This document shows positions 19,039-28,258 of a stretch of 32,000 nucleotides of DNA, one piece after another. Location: the NCBI GenBank assembly GCA_016933055.1, contig JAFGBS010000009.1, forward strand, positions 390,001-422,000, read 5' to 3'. The DNA comes from Promethearchaeota archaeon. GTDB lineage: Archaea; Asgardarchaeota; Lokiarchaeia; Sigyniarchaeales; Promethearchaeaceae. The translations under genes were made by a program, and so were the position numbers. Each line of letters starts with the position of its first letter. The stretch's first letter is position 1. The notes below the pieces were generated by a model that saw only the letters and a list, made by a program, of their open reading frames with translations, was not told the origin of the DNA and made no database searches.

Positions 19039-19959
19039 TTACTCCTTCGATTTTTTCTTATTTTTTTTTCTTTCAATAATTTCTTTCGCAAAATCATAAT
19101 ATTCAAGGAAAGAAAAAATTTCAAAACCCGATGCATCCATCATTTCTTGCAGAACCGTTTTTTCTACTTTTAATTTAACCTGACCAGTAGAGAGTGCACC
19201 AAAAATATAAGAATTCTCATATTCTACTCCCTTCCACATAGGTTCGATTCCCTCTATACCCAACGGAGGTACGGCATTTGCATCTGCATAGATTTTATTT
19301 TCAGGAATTTTTTGTAAAGTAGTCGCTGAAATCAGTTGTACACCAGGGGCACCACATGTGAATACAAGATTTTTGTCTTCGCATAATTCCACTCGATGTA
19401 TTTCATCTCCCATGGCTTCGGGTTTAATATCCACTCGATACGTCATATTCAATTCATTTGCTGCTCTTTCTGCTCTTTCTTGCGAACGGGATAATAGAGT
19501 TGTTTCTGCTCCTCCTTTAGCGCACAATACCGATACAGTCTGTCCTACCATGCCTGTTCCTGCAAAGATAATCACTTTGCAGTCTTTAAGGGATTTTTTT
19601 TCTATTAGGTGGAGATAAGCTTCTACTTGAGCAACCAAAGTGGCTCCCGTTGTATATCCTCCTCTTGGATCAATGCAAGTAGTCAATTCAAAACCTGGTA
19701 TCATACTTTCTCTTGCAATGTCTAAAATTCTCTTTAGTTGGGCGTGATTTGACCCATTTAAAAAGATTTTTGTATTTTTTGCCCCCTTTTCGCCTCTGGA
19801 AAACATAGCATCTTCAATTATTCGCACTATATTCCATTCATTAATCCCTCCCATTGGGACAACAATATCATATCCCGCATCATATGCAACATTGATGTCG
19901 AACGGAGAGGGTAATGGATCTGTATCTAAGAGGTACAGAATCATTTTTTTATCAGACAT
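19039..19959 (-). CDS. mtdA: MtdA-like NADP-type methylene-H4MPT/H4F dehydrogenase (paralog 3, closest to canonical)
   Basis: LDTDPLPSPFDINVAYDAG, FSRGEKGAKNTKIF, DPRGGYTT, FAGTGMVG, LSRSQER, DANAVPPLGIEGI, FGALSTGQVKLK; MtdA versus MtdB not resolvable by eye. Confidence 0.88.
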   Translation of the reverse strand: MSDKKMILYLLDTDPLPSPFDINVAYDAGYDIVVPMGGINEWNIVRIIEDAMFSRGEKGAKNTKIFLNGSNHAQLKRILDIARESMIPGFELTTCIDPRGGYTTGATLVAQVEAYLHLIEKKSLKDCKVIIFAGTGMVGQTVSVLCAKGGAETTLLSRSQERAERAANELNMTYRVDIKPEAMGDEIHRVELCEDKNLVFTCGAPGVQLISATTLQKIPENKIYADANAVPPLGIEGIEPMWKGVEYENSYIFGALSTGQVKLKVEKTVLQEMMDASGFEIFSFLEYYDFAKEIIERKKNKKKSKE

Positions 19960-20025
19960 TTGAACATCATAAAAAATCTAAAGCAATTCCTTTTAAACTT
20001 GAACGAATTTTTTGTGAGGAAAAAA

Positions 20026-20655
20026 CTAAAGGCAAATAGTCATCCAATTTAAATATAAACCTGAGAGATACCGATTAAATATAACCAAATTTAATAACCC
20101 TAGGCATAATCCCATTAACATTCCTACAATAACATCACTTAGAAAATGTACACCTAGATGAATTCTCGACACGAAAAGGAAAGGTAAAAGGGCAAGAAAG
20201 GGTAATAATGCCCAAAACCCAAAATAAAAATAGAAAAAAATACTTTCCATTACCCAAAAATACATATGGCCGGATGGAAAAGATTCTTGTCTCTTGGAAA
20301 TATAAGGTTCACGATTTATGAACTCTTGTCGGGCAAACACCCGCAATTTTTCATCCATATAAGGACGTTTTCGTCGGATAATTCGTTTTAAAACCGAAAT
20401 TGTTAATAAGGAACCTATAATACCCGTAAACAGTAAAACTGAGAAATTCTCGATATTTTGATCGAAAAAAATCCCATAAATAAATAGTATCAAACTAAAT
20501 AATGCCCAAAATTGAATGGTACCTAGTAAAGAAATAATTTTAAGCGGTAAAGTAAGTTTAGGATTCAAGTTGTAAAACCATTTCGCACTTTTATAATCCG
20601 TATCAATAATCCATTGGAGTATCTGGTTAGCATGCGATGTATGGTTATTTTTCAT
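20026..20655 (-). CDS. PAP2-family membrane phosphatase
   Basis: KRIIRRKRP (C1), SFPSGH (C2), SRIHLGVHFLSDV (C3); TM helices. Confidence 0.93.
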   Translation of the reverse strand: MKNNHTSHANQILQWIIDTDYKSAKWFYNLNPKLTLPLKIISLLGTIQFWALFSLILFIYGIFFDQNIENFSVLLFTGIIGSLLTISVLKRIIRRKRPYMDEKLRVFARQEFINREPYISKRQESFPSGHMYFWVMESIFFYFYFGFWALLPFLALLPFLFVSRIHLGVHFLSDVIVGMLMGLCLGLLNLVIFNRYLSGLYLNWMTICL

Positions 20656-20688
20656 TTAATGGATGTAATTTTATGAAGTTTTTTAAAT

Positions 20689-21378
20689 TTAAGTAAGATC
20701 TAAAATCGAAAAGAGCTGTTCCAAATTATCTATGATATAATCTGGTTTGTGCTCCCAATGTTTATGGGATTTTTCCCATCTTTTTACCCAAATCGAGTTG
20801 ATTTTCGCATTCTTTCCCGCAGATATGTCAAATGGGCTATCTCCTACGATGTAAACGTCCCTTTTATCAAATTTATAATCCTTTGATAATCGTTGCAATG
20901 TCAGCAATATTTGTCCAGGGTTTGGTTTACATTCTTCTTGACTATCACCTAAAGCTAATATTTCTTGAAAGTAAAAGTCTAATCCAAAAGCGTCTAATTC
21001 AAATCTGGCAATCTTTAACGATGAATTTGTGATTAAAAGCAAGTAGGTATTGCCAAGTTCTTTTAGTTTAACTAAGGTAGGTATAACATCCCCAAATAAC
21101 CGAAGATCCCCTTGAGCATGAAGTATTTTTCGCTGTTCTAAATCAAGTTTGTCAAAGCTTATCCAAAATTTCACGGGATCTAAGAAATTCCACGATCTTA
21201 ATAGTTGTTTGTAATCAGAGTTCCGCCACAACCGATCTCTTTCCTCTTTAACGGGTGGGGGGATGTTAAATTCATTAAAAACTTGAACAATGATATTGTC
21301 GAAGAAATTATGACTGTTCTTAATATGAACTAGAGTATTATCTAAATCAAAAAATATAATAGCTTGAAGAAATTTCAT
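20689..21378 (-). CDS. HAD-superfamily hydrolase (PGPase-like)
   Basis: FFDLDNTL (motif I), LITNS, CKPNP, IVGDSPFDISAGKNA; ATG 21378 preferred because the TTG at 21417 overlaps the upstream gene. Confidence 0.9.
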   Translation of the reverse strand: MKFLQAIIFFDLDNTLVHIKNSHNFFDNIIVQVFNEFNIPPPVKEERDRLWRNSDYKQLLRSWNFLDPVKFWISFDKLDLEQRKILHAQGDLRLFGDVIPTLVKLKELGNTYLLLITNSSLKIARFELDAFGLDFYFQEILALGDSQEECKPNPGQILLTLQRLSKDYKFDKRDVYIVGDSPFDISAGKNAKINSIWVKRWEKSHKHWEHKPDYIIDNLEQLFSILDLT

Positions 21379-21403
21379 AGGAATCGTCCAATAAGTCGAT
21401 AAA

Positions 21404-21757
21404 TTAAAAATAACCAATGAATCCTAGATCTTTACCTTTTTCATCATATATATATGCCGTTCCCATAATTGACCCCTTTCCAACAACCGATTTTGGTGGA
21501 TATATTAATTTTAGACCAAAATGGAAAACTCCATTGCAAACATCGCATTTCATCTTTACACGAGTATACTCAAAATATGATCCATCATCGAGCGGTTCAG
21601 ATTTCATATATTCTTTTTCCAAGGGGTGCAATTTTTTACTATCATGATTATCACATCCTTCCAAGAAACACTGTTCGCTTGTGATTGCTTCTTGACCACT
21701 TCGACCCAATGCAATATAAAAATCGGAAGGAATTTCATCCCATAAATCTTCTTGCAT
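21404..21757 (-). CDS. Hypothetical protein, possible Zn-binding (CFLEGC...CDVC)
   Basis: ATG start, protein-like composition, four Cys in two pairs, co-oriented with the HAD and PAP2 genes. Confidence 0.65.
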   Translation of the reverse strand: MQEDLWDEIPSDFYIALGRSGQEAITSEQCFLEGCDNHDSKKLHPLEKEYMKSEPLDDGSYFEYTRVKMKCDVCNGVFHFGLKLIYPPKSVVGKGSIMGTAYIYDEKGKDLGFIGYF

Positions 21758-21943
21758 ATTTGTCCTAAGGGTAGTTGTATTTTAAAATTTCAGATCTTAT
21801 TTCATAAAATTCCAGAGGTATTTGAGCTCAATACTAAATCTACTACTAATTATACAATTAAAAAATGCCATTCTAAAAGTTCTCTATAAATTCTATACGC
21901 AGACATTACATAGTTTTTTGATGGTCTTTGTAGACTCTCTTTT

Positions 21944-22369
21944 TTGTCGGATATTACTAGGATAATACTTGACAATAAAGAGTGCAAAAAACCTATGTCC
22001 ACATTAAAGGTTGTTCTTAGCCATTCCTATCCATTCGATGTGCAGAATATGAGGTGTACAGAAAACATAAGAGAAATTGATTATTATAATGAAATCCTAT
22101 ATTATTTTGAAAAGACAACGGGACATAATGTTTTTGTGTTTGATCAAAATGATAAATGGGCTGATTATAGTTATATACGATTAATGAATGAGTTGAAAAA
22201 CAATAAGGTACTATTAGATGCTGATATTGGAGATGTTACGAGGAATTGTCTGATTCTTATATTGAGTTTGATTGAAATGCGGCAAAGACCTACAGGAACT
22301 CCCTATGAATGTTGCAGTAATGAACAGCAAGCAGCAATAAAAAAATCTCTGATTAATGTAATTGCTTAA
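21944..22369 (+). CDS. Hypothetical protein
   Basis: 141-aa ORF filling the gap between neighbours; no recognised motif; start uncertain (TTG 21944 or a downstream ATG). Confidence 0.55.
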   Translation: MSDITRIILDNKECKKPMSTLKVVLSHSYPFDVQNMRCTENIREIDYYNEILYYFEKTTGHNVFVFDQNDKWADYSYIRLMNELKNNKVLLDADIGDVTRNCLILILSLIEMRQRPTGTPYECCSNEQQAAIKKSLINVIA

Positions 22370-22390
22370 TCCATAAAATAATTCTTTTAC

Positions 22391-23002
22391 TTAATTTTTC
22401 TTGTTCAATTCTAATACATGGATTCTATAGATAATAGGTGTGTACCGCAAATTAATCCCTAATTCTGAAATAGTATTATACCCAAAAGAATAACATCGGC
22501 TTCTTCTTAGCCCAGGTTGATACCGATCGTCATACCCATCTCCAGCTACAGCATCCTGATGAAAATCCACGTCAGGTATAGGAACTAAATCATCTACACA
22601 ACGAGGTAACCACAACCTTTCTCTTATTGAACCATTTTCCATTCCAATTAATTGATCCCATAACCCGTAAGGGATTCCAGTTTCATTCGCAGTCTCTTCT
22701 ATTGTAAAGGTTTGATCCCCTTTTGTATTATTCCAAACAATACCAGTAATGTTATTTCCGTTATCATCAGCAATCCAGATAAACAATTCAACAGTTATTT
22801 TATCCCCAATTTGTATATGTGTTAAAACCCATTCATCATAGCTGAATTTTCCAACGAAGATCCCAGCCAGACTAACTCCAATTACTATTGCAATAATGCC
22901 TAAAGTAATGATCTTTTTGTTTCTCTGATATTTATTAGCTTGTTTGGTGGGAGGGATTGAATTTTTCCGTTTTTTGTGTTTGGGATTATATTTGGGTGTC
23001 AC
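22391..23002 (-). CDS. Membrane-anchored protein with degenerate FKBP-like fold
   Basis: Basic N-terminus plus one TM helix; IQIGDKITVEL, GIPYGLWDQLIGMENG, PIIYRIHVLE resemble FKBP strands. Confidence 0.55.
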   Translation of the reverse strand: MTPKYNPKHKKRKNSIPPTKQANKYQRNKKIITLGIIAIVIGVSLAGIFVGKFSYDEWVLTHIQIGDKITVELFIWIADDNGNNITGIVWNNTKGDQTFTIEETANETGIPYGLWDQLIGMENGSIRERLWLPRCVDDLVPIPDVDFHQDAVAGDGYDDRYQPGLRRSRCYSFGYNTISELGINLRYTPIIYRIHVLELNKKN

Positions 23003-23149
23003 TGTCGTTCCTCTAAGGCTTTACATATAGATGAAGTTTTTTCTCCTTAAAAGACCTTTTAAAAAATAAGGAGTTTATTTTTCATGTTTTCGTCTAGACA
23101 AAAATAAGCAAGATAATTATAAAATGTACGTGCAAAACAGTGATTTATT

Positions 23150-23662
23150 GTGACAAAAACATCTGAAAATTTGATGACAGCTTTTGCTGGAGAAAGTCAA
23201 GCGAATCGAAAATACCTTGCCTATGCAGAAAAAGCAGAGAAGGATGGATTTCTGCAAATAGCAAAGGTTTTTCGAGCAGCTGCAGTTGCTGAATCAATCC
23301 ATGCACAAAACCACTTCCGTACGGGTGGTCATGTAAACAATACGGTAGAAAACTTAATTGATGCGATTTCAGGGGAACACTACGAATTTACTTCTATGTA
23401 TCCTGATTTTTTAACTATGGCGATTCAAGAGGGCAATAAAAAAGCTGAAAAGAGTTTTCATTGGGCTAATGAAGTTGAAAAAATGCATCATCGGCTGTAT
23501 ACAGAAGCACTCAGTGTAGCTAAATCTGAAAAAGATTTAGAAGAAAAGGAGATGTGGGTTTGCTCGATTTGTGGGGCCACCTTTGAAGGTAATCATGAAG
23601 ATCTGGAAGAAATATGCCCTGTTTGCCAAACCAAGAAAGATAAATACATAAAAATTGATTAA
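23150..23662 (+). CDS. rbr: Rubrerythrin
   Basis: AFAGESQANRKY, AESIHA, ISGEHYEFTSMYP, EVEKMHH; C-terminal WVCSICG..CPVC. Confidence 0.95.
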   Translation: MTKTSENLMTAFAGESQANRKYLAYAEKAEKDGFLQIAKVFRAAAVAESIHAQNHFRTGGHVNNTVENLIDAISGEHYEFTSMYPDFLTMAIQEGNKKAEKSFHWANEVEKMHHRLYTEALSVAKSEKDLEEKEMWVCSICGATFEGNHEDLEEICPVCQTKKDKYIKID

Positions 23663-23693
23663 AATCGACCGTTTTCTGGTTTTTTTTCTATCT

Positions 23694-24599
23694 TTATATA
23701 TATAATTGATTTTGATCCTTATGTGGGTGGTATGTAGATTGAATTTCACCTGCGCCTTGTATTTTATCTGTAATATGCTTAATGAAGAAATCAATTGCAA
23801 ATACAATGGACAAATATTTTTGTTTGAAATGCTCAAAATCCAGATCAGGTGGAATATCAGCTTCTGCCCAAATGCTTTTTCCCTCAGGATCTAAAGAGTA
23901 TGTGACGTCATTGAGGATAAAATTCGCTTTTAGTAATTCTACAAAAATCTGGCTAGCAACATGTGGTGCAACTTCGGTTAATTCCATTATCGATGCCTTA
24001 ACGATAAACCAATCACTACCAACTATTATATGGGATAAAAATTGATATGATTCATATTCAAAGGGTACAATAATGATACTTTTTTTAGGATCAATGTTCA
24101 TATCTTGAATCCCTAATTTCTCTAAATATACATGAGCTTTTGCCATATTCTTTCGAATTTTTCGGCGTTCTTCAGCATCAGTTAGTTTATTATAATCTAG
24201 GGTGTCTTCATCTATAATATGATCCTCAATTGAGGATTCAAAGGTATATCCCCCATAACTATCTGCACTCCTTTGGTAGATCTCTTCTTTTTCCATCTTC
24301 TCTCGCATTTCAATTAGATCTCTTTTATAATCCTCCATAATTTCCATTTCTTCATCGGTTAGATAGTGTTTTTCTTCTTCTTCTTCTTCTTCGTTTTCAG
24401 TGGTTTCTCTTTCTTCTTCTGTCTTTTTCGATTCATTTGGTGGATCAATTAAACCTAATTCTTTTTTCTTTTTCTTCAACCATTCTGTATAAGCTTTTGT
24501 CCTTTTTCCTCCCCAAATTGCTTTCTTTCCAGTATTCTGTTCATATAGTTCTTGGAAATCTTCTTCTGTATATTCTTTTGGCTTTTTTTTGGCTACCAA
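23694..24599 (-). CDS. Hypothetical protein: small N-terminal module, acidic linker, YbjN/CesT-like C-terminal domain
   Basis: YEQNTGKKAIWGGKRTKAYTEW; poly-Glu linker; ELLKANFILNDVTYSLDPEGKSIWAEADIP resembles the YbjN/T3S-chaperone fold. Confidence 0.6.
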   Translation of the reverse strand: MVAKKKPKEYTEEDFQELYEQNTGKKAIWGGKRTKAYTEWLKKKKKELGLIDPPNESKKTEEERETTENEEEEEEEKHYLTDEEMEIMEDYKRDLIEMREKMEKEEIYQRSADSYGGYTFESSIEDHIIDEDTLDYNKLTDAEERRKIRKNMAKAHVYLEKLGIQDMNIDPKKSIIIVPFEYESYQFLSHIIVGSDWFIVKASIMELTEVAPHVASQIFVELLKANFILNDVTYSLDPEGKSIWAEADIPPDLDFEHFKQKYLSIVFAIDFFIKHITDKIQGAGEIQSTYHPHKDQNQLYI

Positions 24600-24773
24600 C
24601 CTAATTTACCACTTTTTTCTGTATAATTTTGGTATTGAGTATTAACATAAATGCTTTTTTATGAATCATGACCAAAGTCCTATCTATCTATCTATCGTAT
24701 ATTTTGTGAGAAAACTTTTTTAATTTCTACATTAACTTTTATCTATCAATTTTAAAGTTGAATGGTCGAAAAA

Positions 24774-24905
24774 ATGGCAGCTACAAGATGGTTGTGTCTG
24801 GTTTGTGGATGGGAAACGGAAGAAAAATACGAAGAATTACCCGATGATTTTGAGTGTCCATTATGCGGAGCTGGAAAAGAAGATTTCGAGCGAATAGAAG
24901 AATAA
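24774..24905 (+). CDS. Rubredoxin (very short, 43 aa; 47 aa from alternative ATG 24762)
   Basis: Below the ORF-track cutoff; manual translation MAATRWLCLVCGWETEEKYEELPDDFECPLCGAGKEDFERIEE* has CxxCG, ELPDDF, CPxCG, KEDF. Confidence 0.93.
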   Translation: MAATRWLCLVCGWETEEKYEELPDDFECPLCGAGKEDFERIEE

Positions 24906-24921
24906 AAAACAATTTCAATTT

Positions 24922-25254
24922 TTATCTTTTTTCTTTATTGGGCAGAACCGATTTTAGGAGTCTGAGATATCGAATAGCTTCGCTTCGTTCTTCTGTATGT
25001 ATGCCATGGAAGATTTTCTTTAGAATTCCTATTTTTTGGATACTGCTAAAATGAACATTTAAGAAATCATCCAGATTTTGTTCATTATTCATCCAAAAAA
25101 TAGTGTTTTCAATTATAATACTGATTTTATTATTTTTATGCAACTCTAAGATCTTCCCAGAACATTCAACAATAGGAAGTTTATATCCTTGATTTGAAGG
25201 AAGTGGAGAAACATCATCAATAAATGAATGTAAACCAATTACTGTTTCTACCAT
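24922..25254 (-). CDS. Hypothetical protein
   Basis: 110-aa ATG-started ORF converging on the rubredoxin gene; no motif. Confidence 0.5.
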   Translation of the reverse strand: MVETVIGLHSFIDDVSPLPSNQGYKLPIVECSGKILELHKNNKISIIIENTIFWMNNEQNLDDFLNVHFSSIQKIGILKKIFHGIHTEERSEAIRYLRLLKSVLPNKEKR

Positions 25255-25395
25255 AATTTTTCACTCCATTAGCTTGTAGTTATAAAAAAAGAATACCATA
25301 TAAAAAGCGCATGTGTGCGTACAGATTAAATCTAATATATCTACTGTATTCATTTATCTGGGTTTTTTAAAATAAAAATAAAATGGGAAAAAACT

Positions 25396-25707
25396 TCAAT
25401 GTAGATGGTCTTCAATTTCTAATAATTTATTTATGGTGTAGAATCGTTTAAAATCCATCAAATCTTCTCCAAAATAATATTCTCCCGTTTCCGCCAAACG
25501 AATTGCAGGTAAATCTGAGTAGCATTCTTCTATATTACAGAATTTTTTAGCAAACTTGGGATCCTGTAGTAAACGTTTAACTACAGCTTCATCTTCTACA
25601 TTCCATACCTCAAATTCACCAACTTTTGACTGAAGATACTTAGATACGAATTCACAATTTTTGCAGCCCGGTTTAATTAGTAAAGCAAATTTTTTCAGAT
25701 TATTCAC
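25396..25707 (-). CDS. Glutaredoxin/thioredoxin-like protein
   Basis: LLIKPGCKNCEFV (CxxC after the first strand), SDLPAI cis-Pro-like motif. Confidence 0.75.
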   Translation of the reverse strand: MNNLKKFALLIKPGCKNCEFVSKYLQSKVGEFEVWNVEDEAVVKRLLQDPKFAKKFCNIEECYSDLPAIRLAETGEYYFGEDLMDFKRFYTINKLLEIEDHLH

Positions 25708-26205
25708 CCACTTTTTGTTTCAAACATACTATATTTAAAAACGTTTCAATAAATCACTAATATGAAATAGTGTGTTTTTTGACATAAATCCAACTATTCA
25801 TTTTTCAAATTAGTTCCATATTACTGATTATATGATATAACTTTTATTGATTTTTGATTACATTTTATAATAGTTAATTAATAGCCGTGTCATTTTCCAC
25901 TGGATTAGGAATATGATCTAGTTTATTCTAGTGAACTAGATGTTCTGGTTCATAGTGCCGTTACCTATCCTATCGGATAGTCAAACTATACAACAGCCTA
26001 TCACCATGGTTTTATGAATTTTTACAGTGATTGGTAGCATAATAGCGGCTTATACTCTATTTAGTTTTCAACTTTCCAATTCAGTTAAATTTTATGATAT
26101 AATTAAGTGTTTGGGGCATCTGCTTGACCGAATCGATCGATTAAATGTCGAATACTCAAAGAAAAATAACAAAAAGTGTTTGAAATTACTATTACGATAA
26201 GATAA

Positions 26206-27546
26206 TTATTTGGGCCAGACTTTTTTGAAGGCAGTTTTAGGGAAAAAACAGTATGGACAATGATCTGGAGGCTCTTCTCCATAATGTACATAGCCACAGA
26301 TCCTACATCTCCACGCAGTTTGCTCTTTCATTCCCTCACGTGCAGCCTGTTCTGCATTGTCTGCTTTTAGCCTTGGGAGTTCATCCAATGGAGGCATAAC
26401 CGGTTTCATCTTAGATAAGTAGCGATACACTACCAACCTTTGAACTTCTGATGTCCCTTCATATATAGTTAATACCCGAATGTCTCGCAGTAATTTCTCA
26501 ATGGGATAAAATCTAGTATAACCATACCCGCCAAAAATCTGCAACGCATCATTGAGAACTTGTTGAGCGACTTCAGTAGTGTAAAATTTCGTGATTGACG
26601 CTGATAAGGTATTATCCATGCCTCGATCAGCCTCCCATGCAGATTTCCAGATCATGAGGCGTGAGGCTTCGATTTTTTGATACATTTCTGCTATTTTGAA
26701 CTGAATCGCTTGAAATTCCGATAGTTTCATCGTAAAAGCTCTTCTTTTATTTGCATAATCCATAGCGAATTCCATAGCAGATCTGGCAGCACCAACTGCA
26801 AAAGAACCAATAATGGGTCTAGTTGATGAAAATGTTTTCATTGCTAATAAAAATCCTGTACCTGGAATTGCAATCACGTTTTTTGCAGGAACATGCACAT
26901 TATCGAAATGCACCGCCGTTGTACTAGATACTCTTTGACCAAGTTTTGGTATATGCTCCCCCACTGTTATTCCATCCCAATCCATCTCCACAAAGAAAGC
27001 ACATAAACCTTTATGTCGTAATTTCGGATCTACAGTAGCAAAGATACTAGCATAATCTGCATATCCACCATTCGTCACCCAATATTTCGTTCCGTTTAAG
27101 ATGTAGTCTTCACCATTTTTTTCCGCCTTGCAACGAATACCCGCAACATCCGATCCCATACCGGGTTCACTTGTTGCAAAAGACACAATCTTAGGTTCTC
27201 TCACACAAGCAGAAAGATACTTTTCTTTCGCCCCCTCATTTCCTGATAAGATCAAAGGTTCTTGTCCAAGGGAATTACCAAATATTGATGTTCCCATTGC
27301 AGGACATGCTGCAGCAACCTCTTCTACAACTATTGATGCATCTAATAAATTATAGCCATGACCGCCATACTCTTTTGGAATACCCAAATTATTCAATCCA
27401 GCAGCATGTGCTTTTTGTAATAAGAATTTTGGTGGAACGTCCATCTCATCGAAATAATTCACAACGGGGAGAATTTCATCTAAAGCAAATTTACGAGCTT
27501 TCTTTTGAAGTTTTTTTTGTTCTAAGGAAAGTGTGAAATCTATCAT
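26206..27546 (-). CDS. Acyl-CoA dehydrogenase with C-terminal rubredoxin-like domain
   Basis: FATSEPGMGSDV, NGTKYWVTNG, KLGQR, FQAIQFKIAEM, QIFGGYGY, IYEGTSEVQR (catalytic Glu); tail WRCRICGYVHYGEEPPDHCPYC. Confidence 0.95.
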   Translation of the reverse strand: MIDFTLSLEQKKLQKKARKFALDEILPVVNYFDEMDVPPKFLLQKAHAAGLNNLGIPKEYGGHGYNLLDASIVVEEVAAACPAMGTSIFGNSLGQEPLILSGNEGAKEKYLSACVREPKIVSFATSEPGMGSDVAGIRCKAEKNGEDYILNGTKYWVTNGGYADYASIFATVDPKLRHKGLCAFFVEMDWDGITVGEHIPKLGQRVSSTTAVHFDNVHVPAKNVIAIPGTGFLLAMKTFSSTRPIIGSFAVGAARSAMEFAMDYANKRRAFTMKLSEFQAIQFKIAEMYQKIEASRLMIWKSAWEADRGMDNTLSASITKFYTTEVAQQVLNDALQIFGGYGYTRFYPIEKLLRDIRVLTIYEGTSEVQRLVVYRYLSKMKPVMPPLDELPRLKADNAEQAAREGMKEQTAWRCRICGYVHYGEEPPDHCPYCFFPKTAFKKVWPK

Positions 27547-27797
27547 TTTTTAACCAACATTTTTATGATAATCCTAAATTGAAAAAATCAAATATGAGTT
27601 TTCTGATCCGAATTACTTATAAAAAAAAAGGTAATTTAAACTCGTTAAACTGAATAAGAATTTCGTATAATCTTAATAGTAACCAATAATTTTTATGATT
27701 ACAGAAAATTAATGCATCTGATGATTTCAGTAACCGCAAATGCTTTAAAGAGCCAAAGCAAAGCAACTTTATAGAATTAGTAACAAGTGATAGAATA

Positions 27798-28247
27798 ATG
27801 GCACCAATTAAATTAGGGGATACAGTTACAGTTCACTATCGTGGAACTCTGGATAATGGGGATAAATTTGCTGATTCCGAAGAACAAGGTCCTATCGAAT
27901 TTGTGGTGGGAGATCATCTCGTCATTTTTGAAAATGCTGTCATTGGAAAAGAAATTGGAGAAGATTTTACGATTATGATTTCTGCTGAAGACGCCTATGG
28001 GGAGTATGATGAAGAAAATCAGCAAGAATTCGAAAAAGCCGAATTAGATCTCGATAAATATGAAGTTGGTATGCAATTAGCATTCCAACAGGGTTGCGAC
28101 GAGGAAGATCCAGAAGAATGTGACCAAATTCATGAAATTGTAGGGGAGATCGTAGAAGTCAAGAAAGATTCCGTCATAATTGACTTCAATCACCCGCTAG
28201 CTGGCCAGAATTTGAATTTTTGGATAAAAATTGAGGATGTAAAATAA
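27798..28247 (+). CDS. slyD: FKBP-type peptidyl-prolyl isomerase with insert-in-flap domain (SlyD/SlpA-like, no His-rich tail)
   Basis: GDTVTVHYRGTL, AEDAYGE, IDFNHPLAGQNLNF. Confidence 0.88.
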   Translation: MAPIKLGDTVTVHYRGTLDNGDKFADSEEQGPIEFVVGDHLVIFENAVIGKEIGEDFTIMISAEDAYGEYDEENQQEFEKAELDLDKYEVGMQLAFQQGCDEEDPEECDQIHEIVGEIVEVKKDSVIIDFNHPLAGQNLNFWIKIEDVK

Positions 28248-28258
28248 AAAAATTGGGA

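Noticed and set aside
24360-24425. TTC/TCT repeats
   Set aside because: Simply encode the poly-Glu linker of the 23694-24599 protein
24681-24696. (TATC)4 microsatellite upstream of the rubredoxin gene
   Set aside because: Only four units in AT-rich DNA; no evidence for phase variation
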